Notes: generated from the sequence alone by a model not told the origin. A stretch of DNA of 39,637 bases from an uncultured Nitrospiraceae bacterium (GCA_947085205.1 CAMTVO010000025.1:1-39637); one strand, 5' to 3'; numbered from the stretch's first letter, positions 1 to 9,620 are shown. A program made the numbers and translations.

Positions 1-1
1 G

Positions 2-400
2 ATGGCGGAGAAGTTTAAAAAAGAGAATGAAGACATGAACAAGCTCTTCTCAACTCTTGCAGAAAAAGAGGTCAGGCATGAAAAGGCATTCTCCGAACTC
101 TTAGGCCTCATCGGAGACGCTGAGCCTGAAGGATGGGAAGACGTATCCCAGTATATGAGGGCTGTTGTAGAATCGGAATTTTTTTTAGGCAAAAATAAAT
201 CCCTTCCGTCCATGGAAAAGATAAAAACAGTAGAAGATGCCGTAAATTTTGCAATCGGTTTTGAAAAGGAAACACTACTGTATTTTTATGGGATAATGAG
301 CGCTGTAAAAGAGAAAGAAATAGTTGCCGAAATCATAAATGAGGAAAAGAGCCATGTCATGTGGCTTAGCGCATTCAGAAGCAGTCTTGTTAAGAAGTAA
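2..400 (+). CDS. Ferritin-like/rubrerythrin-family protein, probably 5'-truncated by the window edge
   Basis: Two ExxH motifs (EVRH, EKSH) and an 'AIGFEKETLLYF' helix typical of the rubrerythrin fold. The first helix is missing, so the start is probably upstream of base 1. Confidence 0.8.
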   Translation: MAEKFKKENEDMNKLFSTLAEKEVRHEKAFSELLGLIGDAEPEGWEDVSQYMRAVVESEFFLGKNKSLPSMEKIKTVEDAVNFAIGFEKETLLYFYGIMSAVKEKEIVAEIINEEKSHVMWLSAFRSSLVKK

Positions 401-404
401 TGGC

Positions 405-1226
405 ATGCCGTATGGAATCCTCTATATCGTCTCGACCCCTATAGGAAACCTTGAGGACATAACCCTGAGGGCGCTCAGGGTCTTGAAGGAAGTCGACGCT
501 ATTGCAGCGGAAGATACGAGGCATTCCATTAAACTTCTGAACCACTACGGCATATCGAAGCCTCTTATCAGCTACTGGTCTGGAAAAGAAAAGGTCAAGA
601 CGGAAGAGATAGTCGAAAAACTTAGGTCAGGACTTTCTGTGGCGCTTATTTCGGATGCAGGGACGCCCGGAATATCAGATCCGGGCGCTGTTTTGATAAA
701 GAGGGCGATTGATGAAGGAATAAACGTAATACCTATTCCGGGACCTTCTGCGGCCATCACTGCACTTTCTGTATCGGGACTCTCCACAGAAGAGTTCACA
801 TTTATAGGATTTCTGCCGCCAAAGGCTGTACAGAGGCAGAAGAAGCTGAGCGAACTGTCGCTTGAACAGAGGACGCTTATTTTCTACGAGGCCCCCCACA
901 GGATATTTGACACGCTGTCTGATATGGAAAATATTTTAGGAAAAAGAATGGCCGTGCTTGCAAAGGAAATCACAAAGCTCCACGAGGAGATATTGAGGGG
1001 CAGCGTATCAGAAATCCTTGATATGCTTGAAAGCCGTAAAATTGCAGGCGAATATATCATAATAATCGAAGGCGGGAAAAGAGAAGATGTTGGTCTGGAT
1101 GAGGCGCTTGAAGAGATAAAATCGCTCATGAAAAAAGGCAAAGGCAGGAAAGAGGCTGTCAAAATAGTTGCAGAACAATATGGGCTCAGCAAAAAAGAGC
1201 TTTATGACAGAAGTCTTGGAGGATAG
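405..1226 (+). CDS. rsmI: 16S rRNA (cytidine1402-2'-O)-methyltransferase
   Basis: LYIVSTPIGNLEDITLRAL, AAEDTR, SDAGTPGISDPG, FYEAPHR and EITKLHEE motifs. Start moved from 339 to ATG 405. Confidence 0.95.
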   Translation: MPYGILYIVSTPIGNLEDITLRALRVLKEVDAIAAEDTRHSIKLLNHYGISKPLISYWSGKEKVKTEEIVEKLRSGLSVALISDAGTPGISDPGAVLIKRAIDEGINVIPIPGPSAAITALSVSGLSTEEFTFIGFLPPKAVQRQKKLSELSLEQRTLIFYEAPHRIFDTLSDMENILGKRMAVLAKEITKLHEEILRGSVSEILDMLESRKIAGEYIIIIEGGKREDVGLDEALEEIKSLMKKGKGRKEAVKIVAEQYGLSKKELYDRSLGG

Positions 1227-1229
1227 ATT

Positions 1230-2276
1230 ATGACAGGACTGATAGAATCACTGAACATATCTTCTTCAACCTATGTAAATGCCCTGATTTCGATCATGGC
1301 ATTTATTCTTATAGCTAAGGCTGCCGACCTGTTTGTAGGCAAAATTCTTAGCAGGCTTACGAGATTTACGAAGAGCGATATTGATGACAAGATACTGGAT
1401 ATAATCCACAGACCCGTATATTTCACGATAATACTGGTTGGAATTGTTCTCGCCATCGCATATCTGAAGCCTTCTCAAAAGGTCATTTTTTATGCAGACG
1501 GGATAATCTACTCGATAATGGCGGCTATCTGGATGATTGCAGTTATAAAGGTTAGCAATATCGTAATCGAAAACGCAATTTACAAGGTATCAGACGTAAC
1601 AGGCTTGAGCAAGGACATAATCCCTTTAATTGAAAATGTCGCTAAGATAGCGATAATAGTCGCCGGCCTTATGGTGGTCTTATCCATATGGAGAATAAAT
1701 ATAACACCCCTCATAGCGTCTGCCGGAATTGCAGGCGCAGGTATAGCTATTGCCGCAAAAGATACAATAGCAAACTTTTTTGGGGGCATAAGCGTCTTTG
1801 TGGACAAGCCGTTTAAGATAGGAGACTTCATTGTCATCGATAAGGTAGATAGGGGAGAAGTTGTATCAATCGGTATAAGGAGCACACGGATAAAAACCCT
1901 CGATGACATAATGATTACCATCCCCAATTCCATAATCGCCGGCTCGAAAATAGTAAATGAGAGCGCACCGACACCAAACCTAAGGGTAAGAATTCCTGTA
2001 AATGTTGCCTATGGAAGCGATATTGATCTTGTAGAGAAGACATTAACCGGCATTGCCATACAGAATGGAAACATTCTCAATGACCCTGCACCAAAGGTAT
2101 TTTTCAATGCATTTGGAGAATCAGCGCTGAACCTTGAGCTATTGTGCTGGATAAAAGAGCCTGCATTACGGCTTCGCACCGTTGACGAGATAAACAGGGA
2201 GATCTACAAAAAGTTCAATGAACTTGGAATAAGAATCCCATTTCCCCGGAGGGATGTGCATATATATCAGGGCTGA
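1230..2276 (+). CDS. MscS-family small-conductance mechanosensitive channel
   Basis: Several TM helices, plus 'AAKDTIANFFGG..DKPFKIGD', 'IGIRSTRI', 'IPNS', 'VAYGSD' and 'GIRIPFP'. Confidence 0.93.
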   Translation: MTGLIESLNISSSTYVNALISIMAFILIAKAADLFVGKILSRLTRFTKSDIDDKILDIIHRPVYFTIILVGIVLAIAYLKPSQKVIFYADGIIYSIMAAIWMIAVIKVSNIVIENAIYKVSDVTGLSKDIIPLIENVAKIAIIVAGLMVVLSIWRINITPLIASAGIAGAGIAIAAKDTIANFFGGISVFVDKPFKIGDFIVIDKVDRGEVVSIGIRSTRIKTLDDIMITIPNSIIAGSKIVNESAPTPNLRVRIPVNVAYGSDIDLVEKTLTGIAIQNGNILNDPAPKVFFNAFGESALNLELLCWIKEPALRLRTVDEINREIYKKFNELGIRIPFPRRDVHIYQG

Positions 2277-2341
2277 AGGCTGAAGACATAAAATATAGGG
2301 ATTTTTATAAAAAATGCATTTTCGCAGTCATGCAAAAAGAA

Positions 2342-2381
2342 TTGATTTCAAAATTCTCGTTGGTATGATATAATGTAATAC
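2342..2381 (+). promoter_or_regulatory. TA operon promoter with overlapping palindromic operator
   Basis: TTGATT (2342-2347), then extended -10 TGGTATGAT (2361-2369). Imperfect palindrome GTATGA-N7-TAATAC at 2363-2381, followed by SD AGGAGG. Confidence 0.6.
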
Positions 2382-2393
2382 TAGGAGGAATTT

Positions 2394-2636
2394 ATGGGTA
2401 AAGCAAAAATAGCGATTACTTTGGAAGAAGAATCTATTGAGCAGTTAGACAGACTGGTTAGTGAACACATCTTTCAGAACCGTAGCAAGGCAATTCAGGA
2501 AGCTGTGGTTGAAAAACTTCGGAGAATCAAGCACAGCCGATTGGCGAAAGAGTGTACCAAGCTTGATCCTGCCTTCGAAAGGGCGATGGCAGAAGAAGGA
2601 TTAACTGAGGATTTGAGCGAATGGCCCGAATACTGA
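2394..2636 (+). CDS. Ribbon-helix-helix (CopG/MazE-like) antitoxin
   Basis: N-terminal 'KIAITL...LDRLV...[10 protein letters not shown]' RHH, acidic C-terminal tail, overlaps the toxin start. Confidence 0.88.
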   Translation: MGKAKIAITLEEESIEQLDRLVSEHIFQNRSKAIQEAVVEKLRRIKHSRLAKECTKLDPAFERAMAEEGLTEDLSEWPEY

Positions 2637-2956
2637 GAGGCGATATTCGCTGGGCTGATTTAAACCCTGTAAGAGGCCGTGAGCAGGCAGGCTTGCGGCC
2701 TGTGTTGATTTTGAGCCATGATGTTTTTAATGAACGTTCTGAAACTGTCATAGCGGTAGCAATTACAAGTCAGCCGCAACGTGCTGGTTTTCCGTTGACT
2801 TTCGAATTAAAAGCAGACCATTTACCTAAACGGTCTTGGGTCAAGATAAGTCAAATCAGGACGCTTTCCATAGAGAGAATCGGGAAGCTCATTGCCAGAG
2901 CGACTCAAGAGGAATTAGCACAAGTGATTGAGGGATTGAATGAAATAATTGCATAA
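2621..2956 (+). CDS. mazF: PemK/MazF-family endoribonuclease toxin
   Basis: '[29 protein letters not shown]', 'AITS' and 'QIRTLS..R' motifs. Confidence 0.93.
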   Translation: MARILRGDIRWADLNPVRGREQAGLRPVLILSHDVFNERSETVIAVAITSQPQRAGFPLTFELKADHLPKRSWVKISQIRTLSIERIGKLIARATQEELAQVIEGLNEIIA

Positions 2957-3048
2957 CAATTCACTACCTTCGGAGAAACCGCGCCGCTTGCCGGCGGCGT
3001 CAGACTCAAAAAATAGCATCTGATTCCAATAAATCATCTCGGCAAAAG

Positions 3049-4062
3049 CTAAGGAATAATTGCATATTTTATCCCTTTGCCTTTCGACAGTCTCTCAAGA
3101 GCGATATTGAGGTCCTTTAATGGATAGCTTCCGCTTATCAATGGGGAGAGATTGAGCGTGTCTTTCAGAAGATTATATGCAGTCTTAACATCAATTGGAG
3201 TAAAGTGAAAAACTCCCTTGAGCGTTATCTCATCGTAATGCAGCCTGTATGTATCGTATGTTACTATCGTGCCTTTCTTTACGCCTCCGAATAAAATCAC
3301 GGTTCCTCCCCTTCTTACATAATTCACTGCGTTCTCCCACACATCTAACTGTCCTGTACACTCAAATACAAAATCAACTCCCATCCTGTCGGTGAGTTCC
3401 TCAATAGCGTTTATGAGCTTAGAAGGTTCAACGGTTATATCAGCGCCCAGATCCTTTGCCATAATTAGCCTTTCATGCTCGAGACCTGTGATAATAACCT
3501 TTGCATCTTTCAGTTTTGCCAAAGACAGGTGCAGAAGCCCGATGGGGCCTGTGCCGATTATGAGTACATTGTCTCTTTTCCTGATGTTCAGGCCGTGCAT
3601 GCCGTGAACCACGCATGCAAGCGGCTCAAGAAGTGCTGCCTCTTCAAAGCTCAGGTTAGCGGGTTTATGAAACAGGTTCTGTTTGACTATATGTGCCGGC
3701 AGAAGGATGTATTCGGCAAATGCGCCGAGGACTTTTGTGTTCATGATGTTTTCGCAGAGATTAAAGACTTTCTTTTTACAGTAGCTGCATTTAAGGCACG
3801 GCGCACTGTGAACCGCCATTATTTCGTCTCCTGCCTTAAACTCCTTTACTCCTTTTCCAACATCTGCCATAACCCCTGAGAACTCATGCCCGAACACTCC
3901 TGGCATCGGTATCATGGGATGCCCTCTTAGAAATGCCTTTAAATCTGTGCCGCAGGTGAGCGCTGTTTTAACCTTTACCAGAACTTCTCCTCGCAAAGGC
4001 TTGGGCACAGCGGTTTCCCTTAATTCTATTACACCCGGCTCTATTAAATAACTCGCAAGCAT
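3049..4062 (-). CDS. Zinc-dependent medium-chain dehydrogenase (sorbitol/threonine dehydrogenase-like)
   Basis: CGTD, GHE, structural Zn motif CxxCxxC-x7-C, LLEP, and Rossmann GTGPIG. Confidence 0.9.
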   Translation of the reverse strand: MLASYLIEPGVIELRETAVPKPLRGEVLVKVKTALTCGTDLKAFLRGHPMIPMPGVFGHEFSGVMADVGKGVKEFKAGDEIMAVHSAPCLKCSYCKKKVFNLCENIMNTKVLGAFAEYILLPAHIVKQNLFHKPANLSFEEAALLEPLACVVHGMHGLNIRKRDNVLIIGTGPIGLLHLSLAKLKDAKVIITGLEHERLIMAKDLGADITVEPSKLINAIEELTDRMGVDFVFECTGQLDVWENAVNYVRRGGTVILFGGVKKGTIVTYDTYRLHYDEITLKGVFHFTPIDVKTAYNLLKDTLNLSPLISGSYPLKDLNIALERLSKGKGIKYAIIP

Positions 4063-4295
4063 CAGTTGAATTCCAGCTTGCCGCCGAAGAACTGTCCGAC
4101 AATGGCGGCTATAATAAAAAGCGGTATGAAATTATAGTCTGTTTGTGAAATAAGACGCGCAAGTACAACAATTGGAACAGGCATATGGATATATATAAAC
4201 CATTTCAGTGAGTATTTCTTTGACCTGCTCCTGAGATAGCCGAACGGAAGGTTAAGGACGAATGCTAACACTATTATTAAAAGTGCGGTTGACAT
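4062..4295 (-). CDS. Small membrane protein of unknown function (77 aa)
   Basis: Three hydrophobic segments, with 'NLPFGY' and 'WFIYIHMP'. Its stop overlaps the dehydrogenase start (TGATG), and TATAAT lies 6 nt upstream of its ATG. Confidence 0.8.
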   Translation of the reverse strand: MSTALLIIVLAFVLNLPFGYLRSRSKKYSLKWFIYIHMPVPIVVLARLISQTDYNFIPLFIIAAIVGQFFGGKLEFN

Positions 4296-4334
4296 GTTTT
4301 GATTATAGATTGGGTTTTATGCGATAAGCAATAT

Positions 4335-4751
4335 TCAGCCGCATTTTTCGCAATATCCTAAAATCTCGAGGGAGTGTCGTATCCCTTTAAATTTTTCTTT
4401 CTGACATGTCTCGTTCTGGAGCATTTCGAGGGTAGGGGAGTAGAATTCTATCACCTTTCCGCATTTAATGCATATCATATGGTCATGATGATCGTCCGAA
4501 ACCCTTTCGTAATGCGCATGTCTGTCGACCCTCTCCACTTCTTCAATCAGCCCGCTCCCTATGAGGAGAGGTATCGTCCTGTAAACAGACGCCCTCGAAA
4601 CCTTTGATCCTTTTGTTTTTAGGCGGATGAACAGTTCTTCCGGGTCAAAGTGCTTTTTCATTCCCAACATCTCGTGGAGGATCTCATCGCGCTCTTTCGT
4701 TAACTTGAGACCTTTGGTCGTCAGGAATTCTCTGAATTTCTCTTTTTCCAT
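4335..4751 (-). CDS. fur: Fur-family transcriptional regulator
   Basis: 'GLKLTKER', 'VSRASVYRT', 'HHDHMICIKCG' and C-terminal CxxC. Lies directly downstream of feoB. Confidence 0.92.
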   Translation of the reverse strand: MEKEKFREFLTTKGLKLTKERDEILHEMLGMKKHFDPEELFIRLKTKGSKVSRASVYRTIPLLIGSGLIEEVERVDRHAHYERVSDDHHDHMICIKCGKVIEFYSPTLEMLQNETCQKEKFKGIRHSLEILGYCEKCG

Positions 4752-4766
4752 GGCTCCTCTCCTGAA

Positions 4767-6758
4767 TTATAAACTCACATTAAAATGCCTTAGTATCCAG
4801 TTCAGCAGCCCTCCGAACAGAAATGCAGTGGGGAATACTATACCTATAATCCAGAGGGCTGTGGTCATGCCTCTCTCTTTTATTATCATAAAGAAATTGG
4901 CGAGGCATGGAACAAACAGGGTTATGGTGACCAGGCTGACGATGGATTGTATTGGTGTTAGAAGGCCTTCCTGCGACATTGTAAACAGTCCCGCTGCGCC
5001 GTAGTCTCTTCTGAGAAAGCCTAAGATAAACGCCTCTGTTGTTTTTGCCGGAAGTCCGAGGATATTGACTATAACCGGCGATGTTATATTTTCGAGAAAA
5101 ACGAGCAGGTTTAATTTATGTAAGACAAAGAGTATGAAAGTTCCGAGTATAAACAACGGAACCGCCTCTTTCAGATACCACTGCACCCTTCCTACGGTCT
5201 TTACGACTATGTTCATAAGATTGGGTATTCTGATAGGAGGTATCTCGAGGAAAAACTCTGTCCTTTCTCCCGATACTATTTTCGATGCGAGAAAGCCTGA
5301 TATAAAAAGGACTATGATGATGCTGAATATCCAGATGACCGTCGCCTTCAAAGAAAGTGCGCTGAGCATTCCCAATATCACGCCCAACTGTGCGGAGCAT
5401 GGTATTGCAAGGGCCAGGAGGAATGTTGTGATTATCCTGTCTCTCCTCGTCTCAAGAATTCTAGATGTCATTACAGCCATCGTCCCGCATCCGAGGCCTA
5501 ACACCATTGGCAGCACTGCCTTGCCGTTTAATCCTATTATATTGAATATCCTGTTGCTCATGATTGCAAGTCTCGGCAGGTATCCGCTGTCCTCAAGAAT
5601 TGCAAATGCTATAAAAAAGGTGATTGTTATAGGAAGTATGATAGCAATTGCATATGTCAGGGCGACTGTTATCAGCCCGTATTCGCCGACGAGCAACTCC
5701 TGCAGTATCCCTACCGGCACGAGGAGTTCGACGGTCTTTGTTGCGGCAGGATTTATATAGCCGTTGAAGACGGTTTCTTCTACGAGGTCTACGAGTGTGC
5801 CTGCACCGAAAGAGCCTACGAACTCGTAAAAGCCGTATAAAACCGCTATTAAAACAGGAATTCCGTATACAGGGTGCATGCTGATTCTGCCGATGAAACC
5901 CAGCGCTCTTCCGCCTTCAGGACTCGTCTTTTTGGTAACCTGACTTGTGATTTCTTCTGCGGCTTCTATTCTCGCCTTGTTTATCAGATACCCCACAGAA
6001 TCTTTAAATCTTAATTTGCACTCATCTCTCAGTTTCTCTATCTCGGAGAGCGATTCTTCTTTGACATTCGCCTTTAACCAGTCTCTGAGACTTTCGTCTT
6101 CCGACAGTATCATCACCGAAAGAGAGCGCCTGGAGATGTTTGCCTGCGGAAGGAGTTTTGAAATCTTCTCGATGTATTCTTCGATTACCGGATTGTAATT
6201 TATCTGTATGGCCGGCTGTATGGCCGGTTTTTTCGGGGACAATATGGCTTCCTTAAGCTCTTTTATGCCCTTTCTCTGGGGCGCTACGGTGTTTATTACA
6301 TCTATGCCGAGTATGCCTTTGAGTTTTTCCGTGTCAATGGCGATTCCCCTGTCCATAGCTTCATCAATCATGTTTAAATCGAGTATCAAAGGAAAGCTCA
6401 TCTCGGCGAGCTGCAAAGTTATAAGAAGAGTCCTCTTGAGATTCTTTGAATCTCCTACCTGCACTACAGTCGAGGGGGCTTCGACGAGGAGGATGTCCCT
6501 CGTAACCTTTTCGTCTTCGCTCATAGGAATGAGGCTGTTGACGCCCGGGGTGTCTACAAGCAGCAGCCTTTTGCCGTCGAGCGATAGATTGCCATGTGTT
6601 ATTTCGACGGTTGTGCCAGGATAATTCGATACAGTAACATACTTGCCTGTAAGCAGGCCGAAGATTACGCTCTTGCCTACATTAGGATTGCCGATTAAGG
6701 CTATCTTCTCTAAATGTGCTGTCTGTTTTTTAGATTTTTTTGAAGAATGTTCGTGCAA
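4767..6758 (-). CDS. feoB: Ferrous iron transporter FeoB
   Basis: G1 GNPNVGKS, G2 NYPGTT, G3 DTPG, G4 NMID, and membrane motifs EDSGYLPR, GLGC, PC. The start is probably TTG at 6758, after SD GGAGG. Confidence 0.95.
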   Translation of the reverse strand: MHEHSSKKSKKQTAHLEKIALIGNPNVGKSVIFGLLTGKYVTVSNYPGTTVEITHGNLSLDGKRLLLVDTPGVNSLIPMSEDEKVTRDILLVEAPSTVVQVGDSKNLKRTLLITLQLAEMSFPLILDLNMIDEAMDRGIAIDTEKLKGILGIDVINTVAPQRKGIKELKEAILSPKKPAIQPAIQINYNPVIEEYIEKISKLLPQANISRRSLSVMILSEDESLRDWLKANVKEESLSEIEKLRDECKLRFKDSVGYLINKARIEAAEEITSQVTKKTSPEGGRALGFIGRISMHPVYGIPVLIAVLYGFYEFVGSFGAGTLVDLVEETVFNGYINPAATKTVELLVPVGILQELLVGEYGLITVALTYAIAIILPITITFFIAFAILEDSGYLPRLAIMSNRIFNIIGLNGKAVLPMVLGLGCGTMAVMTSRILETRRDRIITTFLLALAIPCSAQLGVILGMLSALSLKATVIWIFSIIIVLFISGFLASKIVSGERTEFFLEIPPIRIPNLMNIVVKTVGRVQWYLKEAVPLFILGTFILFVLHKLNLLVFLENITSPVIVNILGLPAKTTEAFILGFLRRDYGAAGLFTMSQEGLLTPIQSIVSLVTITLFVPCLANFFMIIKERGMTTALWIIGIVFPTAFLFGGLLNWILRHFNVSL

Positions 6759-6772
6759 ACAAAACCTCCAGC

Positions 6773-6787
6773 TGCAACTTAATCTCA
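6773..6787. promoter_or_regulatory. Candidate Fur box upstream of feoB
   Basis: On the minus strand it reads TGAGATT-A-AGTTGCA, a 7-1-7 imperfect match to TGATAAT-N-ATTATCA, just upstream of the feoB SD. Confidence 0.55.
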
Positions 6788-6857
6788 ATTACATACTAAA
6801 GGATATTGGCGATTATTTTCAAGTTTTCCAAATCCCGATATGGAACTTCCGTAATTA

Positions 6858-6901
6858 TTCTCTCTCCCTCGCCCCAAGGGGCGGGAGTTTTACCGAGAGA
6901 A
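6858..6901. repeat. GC-rich palindromic element remnant
   Basis: CTCGCCCC-AA-GGGGCGGG stem enclosed by TTCTCTC...GAGAGAA. Confidence 0.45.
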
Positions 6902-6965
6902 CAATTCTCTATCTCTGTTTTTGGAGCTTGAATCTTGTTTCCTTAATCTTGTATGCTTTTACATA

Positions 6966-8093
6966 ATGGAATATGTAACAGAAGTTAGAAGTCAGGATAC
7001 TAATCTAAGATTACTTGTTACTTTTTTACTGTTTTCTGTGTTCTGTCTTCTGTCTCCTGCTTCTGCCCAGACAGTTAAAGAGCCTGTATCTGGGACTATC
7101 AGAATAGGCAAGCATGCTGATTTTATCAGAATCGTCTTATCCACGTCCGACGAATATGTACAGAAGGCATCAGTAATACTGACAGGCGACAATAGCATAA
7201 AAGTCGACTTCCAGTCACCGATTGTTTTCAAGACTCCGGAAAAGGGTATTCTAAAAAGCGAGGCTGAAGTCGAGCTGACAGGCGGCATAAAGATTACCGT
7301 GAAAGGCAGCAGCAGCATTTTTATAGTTGAAAACCTCGATGATATAAATGTTTCAAAGCTCTTAACGCCAGCGAGGCTTGTTATCGACGCTTATATTAGC
7401 AAGCCTGTCGGGAAACCATCAGAAGAAGGGTCTTTCGCGGATGTTTCTATTGATGGCGACTCTATACAGTTCGAATCATTTGTTATTGATGCGGGACACG
7501 GCGGGTATGATACCGGAATTAGGGGAAAGAACTTTGCTGAAAAGGACTTTGTACTTTCATTTGCAAGAGAGTTTGCGCACATCCTCGATAAAAAGGGGAA
7601 AAAGGTTTTTCTTACGAGAAAGGGCGACAATATTCTTTCTATAAGGGACAGAATTAAAGCTGCAAGCCGGAAGTCTCCGGATATTTTTATCAGCATACAT
7701 CTGTCGTCTAAAAACGAGTTTGTTATATACATTATGCCGGGGGATGGAAGCAGTGTCCGGCAGCAGCCGGAAAAGGCATCCGAACAGACGAATAAGGCTG
7801 TACAGCAAGCAACTCTACCGGATGCAAATAAGGTTATCGCAAATGCCGTAGCTAATGCTCTTAAAAACGAGTTTCGCATAAGTGTCGGGCAGGAAAGGCT
7901 GCCTGTTCCGGTTATAACTAACGCCACCACCGCTGCTTTTTTGATAGAACTGCCGAATCCTGAAAAATTCGGGTACGATAAAAAGACCAAGGAGTGCCTG
8001 ATAAATGCCTTATTGAGAGGTATAGCACATCCTTCGATACAGGCAGCGATTCCAAAGGGCGGAAAGGGACAGGTCTCTGCCGGTGGAAAATAA
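6966..8093 (+). CDS. N-acetylmuramoyl-L-alanine amidase (Amidase_3) with N-terminal AMIN-like region
   Basis: Signal peptide, 'PARLVID', 'VIDAGHGG.D.G', 'EKD', 'VFLTR..D', 'FISIH' and 'FLIEL'. Start taken as ATG 6966. Confidence 0.85.
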   Translation: MEYVTEVRSQDTNLRLLVTFLLFSVFCLLSPASAQTVKEPVSGTIRIGKHADFIRIVLSTSDEYVQKASVILTGDNSIKVDFQSPIVFKTPEKGILKSEAEVELTGGIKITVKGSSSIFIVENLDDINVSKLLTPARLVIDAYISKPVGKPSEEGSFADVSIDGDSIQFESFVIDAGHGGYDTGIRGKNFAEKDFVLSFAREFAHILDKKGKKVFLTRKGDNILSIRDRIKAASRKSPDIFISIHLSSKNEFVIYIMPGDGSSVRQQPEKASEQTNKAVQQATLPDANKVIANAVANALKNEFRISVGQERLPVPVITNATTAAFLIELPNPEKFGYDKKTKECLINALLRGIAHPSIQAAIPKGGKGQVSAGGK

Positions 8094-8646
8094 GAGAAAC
8101 TTATTGATAATTTTAGCGCTGCTTTTCGCTGCGGCTTTATCCGGATGGCTTTTTACGAGATACCACCAATCTACAACTGAAAGGCCGGAGACTCCTTTGA
8201 TAGAGCTTAAAGACGGCATGCCTAAAAATCAGGGGGCTTTCGGGGTAAGCGGAGAGGATACGATTTCGTTAAAGATATTTTATCCCTCCGAAGACGGAAT
8301 TGTCGCGGAAGATAAGATTGTTCCGAACAAGCCGCTTCCGGTGGCTATGGCCGAAGCAGCGCTGACTGAATATTTGAAGGGGTTAAAAGCAGGACATAAG
8401 GATACAAAGCTCTTAGGTGTTTACAGGGACAGGAATAATGTTTTTTATATAGACCTCTCCGATGAATTCAGAAGGAATTTCTCAGGGGATGTCAGGCAGG
8501 AATACTATCTTCTGAAGTCCCTGTTTGATACGGTTGTCTCAAATGTCGCAGGGGCAGAGGATGTAAGATTGCTGATAGACGGAAAGGAGATTGAGAGCAT
8601 AGGCGGTCATTACTACAGCCTTTATGGGCTGAAGAGGATAAAATGA
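8083..8646 (+). CDS. GerMN domain-containing membrane-anchored protein
   Basis: N-terminal TM, with 'TKLLGVY...YIDLS.EF' and 'VRLLIDGKEIESIGGH'. Confidence 0.85.
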   Translation: MENKRNLLIILALLFAAALSGWLFTRYHQSTTERPETPLIELKDGMPKNQGAFGVSGEDTISLKIFYPSEDGIVAEDKIVPNKPLPVAMAEAALTEYLKGLKAGHKDTKLLGVYRDRNNVFYIDLSDEFRRNFSGDVRQEYYLLKSLFDTVVSNVAGAEDVRLLIDGKEIESIGGHYYSLYGLKRIK

Positions 8647-8680
8647 AGAAGCTTAATGCTCAATATAGAATAATTGGTCA

Positions 8681-9484
8681 ATGAACAACAACAATAATCC
8701 AATAGGCATTTTTGATTCAGGCGTAGGAGGTCTTACGGTCTTAAAAGAGGTCAGCAAGATACTCCCTACTGAAAATATCATCTACCTCGGCGATACTGCC
8801 CGCGTTCCATACGGCATCAGGTCGCCTGAGACCGTAATAAGGTACTCTTTTGAGTGTACGGATTTTCTTTTAAAGCAGGACATAAAGTTCCTTGTAGTTG
8901 CATGCAATACAGTATCCGCCATAAGCATCCATGAAATCAGGAAAAAGGTTTCTATTCCTGTGATAGGCGTCATAGAGCCTGGCGCGAGGGCTGCCGTAAA
9001 TTCAACAAAAAATAAAAGGATAGGAGTAATAGGAACAGAGGCTACCATTAAGAGCAGCGCTTATCTTAAGGCTATAAAATCAATCGATGCGGACGTGGAT
9101 GTCTTAGGGCTTCCATGCCCTCTATTTGTCCCTCTTGTGGAAGAAGGCTGGACAGACGGGACTATAGCAAGGCTTGTTGCGGAGAGATACCTGAAGGAGA
9201 TGACGGATATGGGAGTTGATACCCTTGTCCTTGGATGCACGCATTATCCTCTCTTGAAAAGTGTAATTTACGAGGTTATGAATGATGTTTATCTGGTTGA
9301 CTCTGCTGTCGAAACGGCGAAAGTAGTAAGGGATGTGCTTTCTGGAAATGGTATGTTAAGAGCAAATGAATATGAAAGTATAAAGAAATTTTTTGTTACC
9401 GACTCTACGGAAAAGTTTGTAAGTGTCGGCGAAAGGTTCTTACAGAGCAGGATTGAGGATATAAAGAAGATACAACTACCGTGA
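8681..9484 (+). CDS. murI: Glutamate racemase
   Basis: IGIFDSGVGGLTV, DTARVPYG, ACNT, LGCTHYP. Confidence 0.97.
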   Translation: MNNNNNPIGIFDSGVGGLTVLKEVSKILPTENIIYLGDTARVPYGIRSPETVIRYSFECTDFLLKQDIKFLVVACNTVSAISIHEIRKKVSIPVIGVIEPGARAAVNSTKNKRIGVIGTEATIKSSAYLKAIKSIDADVDVLGLPCPLFVPLVEEGWTDGTIARLVAERYLKEMTDMGVDTLVLGCTHYPLLKSVIYEVMNDVYLVDSAVETAKVVRDVLSGNGMLRANEYESIKKFFVTDSTEKFVSVGERFLQSRIEDIKKIQLP

Positions 9485-9620
9485 TGTGTAAATGCATGAT
9501 GCGTGATGAGTACAGAATAAATTAAGAATTACAAATTAAAAATTATAAATTAAGGAAATTTCTATAATTCATAATTCGTAATTGTTAATTGTATTACGCA
9601 TTACGGATTACGCATTACGC
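9481..9620. repeat. Nested inverted arrays of 7-mer tandem repeats
   Basis: Outer degenerate GTGATGC-like units (9481-9510) face ATTACGS x4 (9593-9620). Inner AATTANN x5 (9520-9554) face TAATTNN x4 (9565-9592). Confidence 0.85.

Noticed and set aside
9481..9620. Possible CRISPR array (also considered for 21670-21807 and 25167-25308)
   Set aside because: Units are 6-8 bp tandem repeats or hairpins with no unique 30-40 bp spacers, and there are no cas genes.
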